DNA from: Candidatus Thorarchaeota archaeon
Lineage (GTDB): Archaea; Asgardarchaeota; Thorarchaeia; Thorarchaeales; Thorarchaeaceae
NCBI GenBank assembly: GCA_016839605.1
Contig: JAEOTX010000139.1
Coordinates: forward strand, 1-30,953
DNA length: 30,953 nucleotides
Direction of reading: 5' to 3'
A program made the position numbers and the translations under genes. The notes under the pieces were generated by a model. It had not been told where the DNA came from and did not search any database. It saw nothing but the letters and a program-made list of their open reading frames with translations. Numbering within the stretch: the first letter of the stretch is position 1; every line of letters begins with the position of its first letter. Positions 1 through 7,634 of the stretch are shown piece by piece.

Positions 1-1016
1 ATGAAATCAAGAGAAGGTCTTACTCTCTCCTCCTTCCTGAAGGTTCGTTCCACCAAATATGCAACAACATCATCAACAGAGGCATGCTCATGATTCAGCA
101 TTATTGCCGCGTTCATGCTGCACATTCGAGACAGATTGGACAGAGCCCTAATTCTACGAGCATCATCAGTTCCTTCACCAACAGCAAGAAAATCGATTGC
201 AGTATCAGCAGTACCCTCGGAAATCACGCATCTTCCTGTCAGTGGAACAATTGAGAGGTCGGTCCAATCATTGTCATGATACGCTTTCTCCCTCCACAGA
301 TTTGAAACATGATGCTCATATTCGTGATAAATGACAGCAGTTAAACCGTGCTTACTGAAAGGACGATCCACATTGAACTCATTCTTTGATCTATAGTTAC
401 CTTGATAGTAATTGTATCCGCCCCACGGCTTGTCTGTCACCGCCTTGTATTCAACTCCGTTATCTGTCACACTGGCACCCATGATATCATAGACCTTAAC
501 CCTGAACAATTCCCCCACTTCTTTTGCACTCTGCTGTAATTCACCCTCGATGTAATTTTGGGCCTCCACTCCTATCAACTGTCCATCGAGATTGAATCTC
601 TCCACACGATCTCTTGTATCACTGCCGTGATAGTCTGAAAATGAAATCTCCACATTCTTCATTGCTTCTTTTACTTCAGTCTCTGAAAATCGAGTCGGTT
701 TGATACCAAAGACATTCTCCACTAAATCGACATAAGATAGATCCTCGCCGCTCATCCACCTAATAACAGACAACAATGAATGAACTTCGGTTACAAGGTA
801 TTTCGACCGCAGAGGCTCATCAATCTCATCTTTAATACTATCGGAGAGGTGTGATAACTCGTGCATCAATACCTCTGGCTTGCGGTTCTTTGCCTGTCGA
901 GCTGGCGCTAATTCATCAGGGCCGTAATATGCGTCAACAATGCTGATACCTGTCACGGATTCAGATAGATTGCCTACCTCACCACAAAGTCTTGTGAATT
1001 CTCTACCAACGTCCAT
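1..1016 (-). CDS. Putative zinc metallopeptidase-like protein (HExxH, DUF885-like), 3' end runs off the window
   Basis: Not in the ORF track because there is no stop in the window. Manual translation from ATG at 1016 gives MDVGREFTRLCGEVGNLSESVTGISIVDAYYGP...WGGYNYYQGNYRS...AVIYHEYEHHVSNL...VISEGTA. It has an HExxH motif plus a downstream EG third-ligand motif (gluzincin-like). Confidence 0.65.
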   Translation of the reverse strand, partial: MDVGREFTRLCGEVGNLSESVTGISIVDAYYGPDELAPARQAKNRKPEVLMHELSHLSDSIKDEIDEPLRSKYLVTEVHSLLSVIRWMSGEDLSYVDLVENVFGIKPTRFSETEVKEAMKNVEISFSDYHGSDTRDRVERFNLDGQLIGVEAQNYIEGELQQSAKEVGELFRVKVYDIMGASVTDNGVEYKAVTDKPWGGYNYYQGNYRSKNEFNVDRPFSKHGLTAVIYHEYEHHVSNLWREKAYHDNDWTDLSIVPLTGRCVISEGTADTAIDFLAVGEGTDDARRIRALSNLSRMCSMNAAIMLNHEHASVDDVVAYLVERTFRKEERVRPSLDF

Positions 1017-1132
1017 CAGAATCAAGGAAATTCAAATGTAAGGTGTTATAGAATGTACCGGCTAATAGCAGACTGTCCGCTTTTGACAACACCTTTTAGT
1101 CGATTTTGTCTGGTGATGATGAGGGTCTAAGC

Positions 1133-1492
1133 ATGTCAAAACGCAAGACGGGCTTGAAGGGAAGACTCATCGCGCTATTGTTTGGATTCCTCATAGCTGC
1201 TATGGTGGTTATTGCATGGCACGATGGTCTCATTGGAACGACAGCCATTGAAGATATCAATGATGGGAATGTATCTAATGGAACTGTTGTGACAGTGAAA
1301 GGAGAACTAATCTACGTGCTGGGGAATAGCTTCATTGTGACCCCTCCGGAGGGGGGCTTTCAAGGCCTCCTCTTTACTTGGGATGGGTGGATACCACCTC
1401 AGCACTCAATCGTTGTGGTCACAGGCACTGTATCCTCTCTTCTCACCTTATCTGATGTTACATCACTGCAGGCAGTCATCATATTCCAATGA
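1133..1492 (+). CDS. Small membrane-anchored protein with probable OB-fold-like beta domain
   Basis: Basic N-terminus, one hydrophobic helix (LIALLFGFLIAAMVVIAW), then VVTVKGEL...VVVTGTV beta strands. ATG 1133 preferred over TTG 1106. Confidence 0.55.
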   Translation: MSKRKTGLKGRLIALLFGFLIAAMVVIAWHDGLIGTTAIEDINDGNVSNGTVVTVKGELIYVLGNSFIVTPPEGGFQGLLFTWDGWIPPQHSIVVVTGTVSSLLTLSDVTSLQAVIIFQ

Positions 1493-1503
1493 ACCACTAG
1501 TGT

Positions 1504-2271
1504 CTATCCGAGAACGTCAGGACGGAGTTCGGCACGAGAGAATAGACTTGCGGAGCCTGATTTCTCAACCAATGTAAATGTGACATCGGTCTTGGAAAGC
1601 TCGATGAGTGTATGGACTTGGGTTGTAGCTCCACGAACGCGCCGTGAGAGCAGAGTACCCGTTGTATAGACAATCATATCATTCAAGTTCCACATCCAGG
1701 GGACATGACGATGACCACTTAGAACCAAAGAGCATTGTACACGATCCAAAAGACCTAGGACAGCACCAGAATCCTCCACAACGTTGTGTTCCCTGCCTGT
1801 GTTTGGTACAGGTATCAGATGATGATGTAGTGCGAATATACGAACTTTCTCCTTTGCCCCTCCAAGATAATCATGAATCTCATTGTACTTCACCCGACCA
1901 ACATGGCCGGCATCGTTGTCTGGCTCTGAGCTATCGGCCGCGTACAACGCAATTGATTCATCCTCATATGTTTTGAAGCGCTCTCCAAACAGCTCCTCGA
2001 AATGCGCCGCACCATAGTTACGTTCGTCATGATTTCCAGGGACCATCACTAACGGCGTTTCTATACCATTAACGACATCAGCAAATGCTTCGTATTCCTC
2101 TCTAAGACCCTCTCCTGTGAGATCCCCAGTGATGAGAATGAGAGGTGATGTCATATGCGGGGAACGCTTCTCAATCCCTTCAATTACTTCGCGGAAGTCA
2201 CCCAAAGAAACCCCAGATTCTCCAATGTGGATATCGCTCAAATGAAAAATCGTCTTGATTGTTTTTCCCAT
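1504..2271 (-). CDS. Calcineurin-like metallophosphoesterase (Icc/CpdA-like)
   Basis: All five motifs present: SDIH, TGDLT, PGNHD, LHHH, SGHRH. Its ATG overlaps the upstream TAA stop by 1 nt (TAATG), implying translational coupling. Confidence 0.9.
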   Translation of the reverse strand: MGKTIKTIFHLSDIHIGESGVSLGDFREVIEGIEKRSPHMTSPLILITGDLTGEGLREEYEAFADVVNGIETPLVMVPGNHDERNYGAAHFEELFGERFKTYEDESIALYAADSSEPDNDAGHVGRVKYNEIHDYLGGAKEKVRIFALHHHLIPVPNTGREHNVVEDSGAVLGLLDRVQCSLVLSGHRHVPWMWNLNDMIVYTTGTLLSRRVRGATTQVHTLIELSKTDVTFTLVEKSGSASLFSRAELRPDVLG

Positions 2272-4430
2272 TATCTAAAACCTCCAGAAACACATGCACT
2301 ATGGCAAGCACTGTGGCATGCACTATGACATACACAGGCACTGTGGCAAGCGCTATGACAGGCACTATGACATGCGTCGTGTGAAACGCATGCAGAGTGG
2401 CAGGCATCATGAGACACGCAACGACTGGTTTCTTCCAGAATGGGCTTCAAAGGCTCGCGGATTATATTGCCAACTCCAGAAAGGACATCTCCAATCGTAT
2501 TTGTCACGTTCGTCATAATCTGTCCGGTGGTGGAAGCCACATCTCCGACCACACGTCCAATTTCACCTATTGAATGACCAGCGGCATCTGCAATCCCCCC
2601 AAACCAATCAGGCACTTTTGGTGGGGAGATAGTCCCGCCAGGAGGCGTAAACACCCGACCGATTCTGCGGCTATGATGAGGATGCATGTAGAACCAATAC
2701 CAGGCCCAGCTATCATGATATCGTCGATTGAAGTAATAATCAACTCGACCATCAAGCGTAGGATCACTTTCTAGTTCTTCCCAAGCGCCTTCAACCATCT
2801 CCTCATGGTGTGTCTTTGTAGCGTCAAAATCGGCATCCCAAGATTTCTCTTGCACCTTCTCTGCGAGTTCTTCCAGCATGTCATCTATTTTGTCAGAATC
2901 GAGCTCATTATTGTGAATGGCGTCAACAAACATCTGCTCATAATAGGTAAGATCCTCAAATCTGAGACCGGTATCTGATAGACGCAGAGGATCTGTCGAT
3001 AGTACCCGAACCGCACCCTTCTTCACACAAGATATGAGTATCATTGACACCAGTTTCTTGCGACTTGTATTGACAAAGAAAGCACTCTCCACAGGGTCAA
3101 GATCGGCAACTGTTCCCGGAGTGCCGAAAGTTTGGATAGCTATCTCCGGACTCTCATACACTTGAGTGGTTTCATCGACCTCCCATTTCGCACCGTATCC
3201 GCCTGTGATTCGACTATAGCCATAGGACACAATGGCGATAGCTGCGATTCCAGCAAAACCCCAAATCAGAAGATTCGGGGGTATCAAAGGAGGAATGACC
3301 TCTCGCACATAGATGTTGACAGTAAACGTAACCCAATCGCTCGTGTTCAGGTCAGAAGATGAAATCTGAAAAGTAAGAGGAAGAATTTCCGGCAAATTAT
3401 CTGGCACGAAGTAGTATGTCAAGAACGAGTTTTCTCCACCATCAAGTGGACCAATATAGGTTGAAATCTGACCCGTGGTCATGGTGAGGTTATCTGGGAC
3501 CGAGAGAGTTACCGTTACATCCTCTAGTGGGGCATCTCCAATATTGAATACATTTACATCAACTGAGAATTCCGTGTTTGCATCTGCATTGATATTCTCT
3601 TGAGTGCTGTAAGCAATAGCACCGGGTTCCAGATATGGTGCATAGAAGCTCCAGTTAGTATAATGAAAGACTCGGAAGTGGTCATAGGAATCCAAATTGG
3701 AATGTGCTAGACTCACACTGAAATACCGTGGATCAGCAGATGCAGACGAGGGATACGCAAGAAGATTGTTCTCATCGAAGTCATAGAAGCTTCCAAAGTT
3801 GTCCTCTAGCCTTTGGCGAAAGTCTACAACATAGCTTGCGTAGTCTGCACCTTCGGAAGTTATCCCACTTTCTCCGGTTATCCATGAGGCCTGCATCTCT
3901 ATTGGATAGATAACTCTCACATTCTCGTAATCCATGGGTACATCCCATTGTACAGGAGCCCAGTTGAATACAGCCAAATCACCAGTGATTTCTTGACCAG
4001 ATCCCTCCAAGGTGAATGTCCCAGTTGTCTTCTCGAGAATTCGATTGGTACTGAAGTATCCAAAAACAACTGTGACGGTTTCTCCAGCTTGAGTTCGGGG
4101 AGTCCAGTCCAGTTCATATCCATTTGGGATTTGTCTGACAACCAAGCTGTAACGATTCTCATTGACCTCCGCATATGCACGGTCAGAATCATAAATGGTG
4201 GTTTCTTGAATTCCTTCTAAATTGAACCCTCCCAGCGATTCCTCTATGACTGAGATAGTTATCCAGTAGGTGACATTGATTCTACCATTTGGCAAAACTA
4301 CTACATCAACGTAGACGCTCTCAAGGTTAACGACTAGACTTTGACTAGTTGTAGCTCCTGTGACACACAAGGGGGCAACAGCTAGCAGAATGAAGCCTAT
4401 GGCAAATAAGAGAGGGAGGTCACGTTTCAA
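2271..4430 (-). CDS. Single-pass membrane protein (DUF2207-like N-domain, Ig/CARDB-like domain, TM, cytoplasmic domain) with C-terminal Cys/His repeat tail; candidate radical SAM substrate
   Basis: Signal peptide MKRDLPLLFAIGFILLAVAPLC. VDVVVLPNGRINVTYWIT resembles DUF2207 N-termini. VDVNVFNIGDAPLEDVTVTLSVP...LDGGE is Ig-like. TM is LLIWGFAGIAAIAIVSYGY. The tail is CVSHDACHSACVSHDACHSACHSACHSACVCHSACHSACHSACVSGGFR. Confidence 0.75.
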   Translation of the reverse strand: MKRDLPLLFAIGFILLAVAPLCVTGATTSQSLVVNLESVYVDVVVLPNGRINVTYWITISVIEESLGGFNLEGIQETTIYDSDRAYAEVNENRYSLVVRQIPNGYELDWTPRTQAGETVTVVFGYFSTNRILEKTTGTFTLEGSGQEITGDLAVFNWAPVQWDVPMDYENVRVIYPIEMQASWITGESGITSEGADYASYVVDFRQRLEDNFGSFYDFDENNLLAYPSSASADPRYFSVSLAHSNLDSYDHFRVFHYTNWSFYAPYLEPGAIAYSTQENINADANTEFSVDVNVFNIGDAPLEDVTVTLSVPDNLTMTTGQISTYIGPLDGGENSFLTYYFVPDNLPEILPLTFQISSSDLNTSDWVTFTVNIYVREVIPPLIPPNLLIWGFAGIAAIAIVSYGYSRITGGYGAKWEVDETTQVYESPEIAIQTFGTPGTVADLDPVESAFFVNTSRKKLVSMILISCVKKGAVRVLSTDPLRLSDTGLRFEDLTYYEQMFVDAIHNNELDSDKIDDMLEELAEKVQEKSWDADFDATKTHHEEMVEGAWEELESDPTLDGRVDYYFNRRYHDSWAWYWFYMHPHHSRRIGRVFTPPGGTISPPKVPDWFGGIADAAGHSIGEIGRVVGDVASTTGQIMTNVTNTIGDVLSGVGNIIREPLKPILEETSRCVSHDACHSACVSHDACHSACHSACHSACVCHSACHSACHSACVSGGFR
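2292..2420 (-). repeat. Coding tandem repeat: 7x CHSA plus 2x CVSHDA (43 aa, 11 Cys, 9 His)
   Basis: Read directly from the sequence. The 12-nt units are TGY CAY (AGT/AGC/TCT) GCN, and all seven CHSA units differ in codon choice. Confidence 0.95.
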
Positions 4431-4514
4431 TGAATCAGCCCCATATGCCCATCCTCAGTCCGGAATATTGTTCTAGTAGCTATATTGCTTCTAAACATCC
4501 CAACAGTTGCTCCA

Positions 4515-4907
4515 CTAATCTCCTTTCTGTGCACGCAGGACATCAGCCTGCGCTATTGTTAGATTCGACAGGTCTGCTTTTGCAGCAGCCCACTCATCAA
4601 GGTCTGGAAACTCCATAATCATGCCGCCCCAAACAAGATGATACACACGCTTGAGGATGACATCGGCGTCAGACCCTTTTCCCACATACTCGAAGAATGC
4701 CTTGACTGTGGCAGGTGACTGCTCCGTCATCTCAGCCGGAATCTCTGTTCCAAATCCTGCAAATGCAACATCAAGCTCTCGCAGGACATCCATTCTTTCT
4801 CTGATTCCAGCAGCAATAACTGGCAGGTCAATATCAAAGGCGCTGAAATGCATAATCAGCTTCTTCTTGCTAATTGTTCCATATGGCAATTTTATCTCGG
4901 AACTCAT
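4515..4907 (-). CDS. Hypothetical soluble protein (130 aa)
   Basis: ATG 4907 is preceded by an AGGAG Shine-Dalgarno-like motif. Composition is globular; no family recognised. Confidence 0.7.
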   Translation of the reverse strand: MSSEIKLPYGTISKKKLIMHFSAFDIDLPVIAAGIRERMDVLRELDVAFAGFGTEIPAEMTEQSPATVKAFFEYVGKGSDADVILKRVYHLVWGGMIMEFPDLDEWAAAKADLSNLTIAQADVLRAQKGD

Positions 4908-4916
4908 ATGACACAC

Positions 4917-5016
4917 TCCTTGATGGTGCCTTGCCTCTAGTCGGAAATGGAGGCTGATAAGCCTTTCAGGTTGTAGGCGAATCCTTAAGACACGCCCAAC
5001 AATGGCCTCATGAACG
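4917..5016. promoter_or_regulatory. Divergent promoter region between the 130-aa/Cys-tail gene run and the radical SAM gene
   Basis: About 100 nt between head-to-head genes. An AT-rich CTTAAG at 4984-4989 lies about 27 nt upstream of ATG 5017, typical archaeal TATA spacing for a leaderless mRNA. Confidence 0.4.
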
Positions 5017-6438
5017 ATGCATCAACCACAGTATGACTATAAGTTGGAGGATCTCAGCTGGATAGTCAACTTCATAGATGAAGTCAGGGACTATTTCTTT
5101 GTAAGACCACAAGATAATCTTCTGATACTGCGGCCGAACAAGGTTATGCACCTCAACGAAACAGGAACTGTAATGTTAAGAATGCTCTTAGATGGATCAA
5201 CAGCAGCAGAGGTTAGAGGCCACTTTGTAAGCAACTTCGATGCTGATGGACAGCAGGTGCTCAACGATCTGGCCGCTTTTGTTGACGATCTGAGAAGTAT
5301 GGTAATGGGAAATCAGAACATCTACTCATACAAGACAGCTAGAATTGTGCCCTTTGGAGAGGGCGACATCAAATACCCTGTATTGAGTGAAATCGCTCTT
5401 ACCTACCGTTGCAACAACAAGTGTCAATTCTGCTACGCATTCTCTCCATATAGGGAAACCAGTGAGATGACCACAGACGAGGTAAAACGGATAATTGACA
5501 TGATTACTGACGACGCCCATATACCAAGCTTATCTTTCACGGGAGGAGAGCCAACTCTGCGAGAGGACCTATTCGAGCTGATAGCATATGCTCGGGCAAA
5601 AGGACTTCGTGTCAATCTAATCACAAACGGTCGAAGATGTGCAGATCCAGAATTTGTACAACGCCTTGTCCAAGCTGATTTGAACAGCGCACAGGTGTCA
5701 ATTGAAGGCCCTGATGCCAATACTCATGACCAAATAGCAGGGGCGCCAGGCTCCTTTGAGCAAACAGTTCAGGGCATCAAGAATCTGAAGAAGACCGACA
5801 TCTATACTCATTGCAATACTACAATCTGTCGGCCCAATGTTGACAAACTTGAGGAGTTGGTTGATTTCATTGCTGATGAGCTGGAACTCAGTTACTTCAG
5901 CATGAACATGGTCATCTATACTGGCACTGCAGCAAAACTGAGGGACCAATTGCAGATCAAGTATAAAGACATTGGAGAAATTGTGAGAAGAGTGAAGAGA
6001 AGGGCAAACAAAAAGGGTGTGCAATTTGTCTGGTACGCTCCTACTCCAGTCTGCATGTTTAATCCCATTTCACTGGGCTTGGGTGCTAAGAGCTGCGCAG
6101 CATGCGACGGTCTACTATCTGTAGATGCAGAGGGTGGCCTCCTTCCATGCTCAAGCTTCAGTGAACCAGTAGGCAATATGCTGGAAGAGGGTTTTGAGAA
6201 AGTTTGGAATAGCAGAGCCTCAAGATTTTGGAGAAGCAAAGATTATGCTCCAGAGGGATGCAGGGTATGTGAACACTTTGCCTACTGCTTCGGCGCATGC
6301 CCACTATATTGGGATGTTCATGGATTTGATGAAGTTAAAGAATTTTGGCCAAAGAAAGGCCGCGTTGCATCAAAGGTCGATGAGGCAAGGCTGATTCTAA
6401 AGCGTAGGATACACGGTGACCAACATGGAATAACTTGA
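5017..6438 (+). CDS. Radical SAM/SPASM peptide-modifying-type enzyme with N-terminal PqqD/RRE domain
   Basis: CNNKCQFC is the CxxxCxxC motif, followed by FTGGEP. The N-terminal LNETGTVMLRMLLDGSTAAEVRGHFVSNFDADGQQVLNDLAAFVDDL is PqqD-like. SPASM Cys pattern: CAAC...GGLLPC...CRVCEHFAYCFGAC. Confidence 0.9.
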   Translation: MHQPQYDYKLEDLSWIVNFIDEVRDYFFVRPQDNLLILRPNKVMHLNETGTVMLRMLLDGSTAAEVRGHFVSNFDADGQQVLNDLAAFVDDLRSMVMGNQNIYSYKTARIVPFGEGDIKYPVLSEIALTYRCNNKCQFCYAFSPYRETSEMTTDEVKRIIDMITDDAHIPSLSFTGGEPTLREDLFELIAYARAKGLRVNLITNGRRCADPEFVQRLVQADLNSAQVSIEGPDANTHDQIAGAPGSFEQTVQGIKNLKKTDIYTHCNTTICRPNVDKLEELVDFIADELELSYFSMNMVIYTGTAAKLRDQLQIKYKDIGEIVRRVKRRANKKGVQFVWYAPTPVCMFNPISLGLGAKSCAACDGLLSVDAEGGLLPCSSFSEPVGNMLEEGFEKVWNSRASRFWRSKDYAPEGCRVCEHFAYCFGACPLYWDVHGFDEVKEFWPKKGRVASKVDEARLILKRRIHGDQHGIT

Positions 6439-6493
6439 GAATCCAGAGGACAGCACAATAACGGTTTTGAGGCGCCATTACTTCGATAATATT

Positions 6494-7624
6494 ATGCGTA
6501 TGGATGATGTGATAACACCAGCGACCTTGGTGGACTATGATAGGTTAGTGCAAAACGTCAAGAATATGGCAAATAAGGCCCGTGAACACCAGGTAGCACT
6601 GAGGCCACACATCAAGACGCACAAGTGTATTGAGATTGCCGAGATTCAAAGGAACTATGGAATCTCTGGCATCACGGCATCTACAATAGGTGAAGCGATG
6701 TTCTTTGCAGAGAATGGATTCGATGACATAACATTGGCTGTGCCCCTCGCACCCGACAAGATGAACGCAGTTGCCAAACTTGCCATAAAGATCAAGCTTA
6801 GGGTTATCATCGACCATCCTGCTGCACTCAAGGAATTGCGGCCGAGATTCAAGAATGCCAAGGAAGAACTTGACGTTCTTCTCAAAGTGGATTGCAACTA
6901 TCATCGAAGTGGAGTGGATCCCACTAAGAAAGGCGCGCTTTCGCTTGCAGAGAAAATTAGCAAGGCGCGTGGGCTGAACTTCGCAGGCATTCTTACTCAT
7001 GGTGGTCATTCATACTATGCCAAGTCCATTGAAGAAATTAAAGCCATAGCAGAAGAGGAGCAGAGTGTGATGCTCAAGTTTGCTAAGGACTTGAGAAAAA
7101 GGAGCAAGAAACTTGCCCCGAAGATAGTCAGCATTGGCTCCACGCCAACTTTGATGTTGACTGATTCTATTAAGAAGGGAATAACAGAGGTTCGTCCAGG
7201 TAGCTATGTCTTCTTCGACTATACACACGTGGCATTGGGTGTCTGCAAACCATACCACTGTGCATTTTCAGTTCTCTCGAGTGTCATGAGCGCGTATCCA
7301 AACAGAATCATTCTCGATGCGGGTGCTACATCACTTTCACTCGATCCCGGACCCACACACCTCTTTCCAGATTGCGGGTTTGGGAAAGTAATCTCAGACT
7401 ACCATGAGGGCGAGTTTGCACAGTACACTGACATAACAGGGCTTTCTCAAGAACATGGGAAAGTCAAGATAACTAAGGGTTCACCTCTAAAAGGCCTCGT
7501 TCCTGGAGACCGTGTTAGGATTCTGCCAAATCACTCCTGCTTAACGGCAAATCTCTCCAGTAGATTCTATGCGACCTCTGGTGATGAGATTCTAGATATC
7601 TGGGAAACCTACATGGACAGATAA
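6494..7624 (+). CDS. PLP-dependent fold-type III enzyme, D-threonine aldolase / D-serine dehydratase (DSD1) family
   Basis: TPATLVD, RPHIKTHK (PLP Lys), SIGSTPT, EVRPGSYVF, LSQEHG and PNHSCLT (metal His/Cys). Start could be 6467, 6494 or 6500. Confidence 0.85.
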   Translation: MRMDDVITPATLVDYDRLVQNVKNMANKAREHQVALRPHIKTHKCIEIAEIQRNYGISGITASTIGEAMFFAENGFDDITLAVPLAPDKMNAVAKLAIKIKLRVIIDHPAALKELRPRFKNAKEELDVLLKVDCNYHRSGVDPTKKGALSLAEKISKARGLNFAGILTHGGHSYYAKSIEEIKAIAEEEQSVMLKFAKDLRKRSKKLAPKIVSIGSTPTLMLTDSIKKGITEVRPGSYVFFDYTHVALGVCKPYHCAFSVLSSVMSAYPNRIILDAGATSLSLDPGPTHLFPDCGFGKVISDYHEGEFAQYTDITGLSQEHGKVKITKGSPLKGLVPGDRVRILPNHSCLTANLSSRFYATSGDEILDIWETYMDR

Positions 7625-7634
7625 TGGTCTACGT

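Noticed and set aside
2292-2420. Short DNA repeats as a CRISPR array or VNTR
   Set aside because: The units are 12 nt, degenerate at synonymous positions, have no spacers, and are in frame within a CDS.
2292-2420. Multiheme cytochrome c motifs in the tail
   Set aside because: The spacing is CxxxCH with shared overlapping cysteines rather than CxxCH, and the tail is predicted to be cytoplasmic.
2198-2518. Short ORFs 2198-2410 (-) and 2294-2518 (+) as separate precursor peptides
   Set aside because: They are alternative-frame and antisense readings of the same repeat. Only the CHSA frame shows a synonymous-only pattern of variation.
2292-6438. Known His-Xaa-Ser repeat or PQQ biosynthesis system
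   Set aside because: The repeat has period 4 (CHSA) rather than period 3 (HxS), and no second rSAM or pqqA/B/C genes are present.
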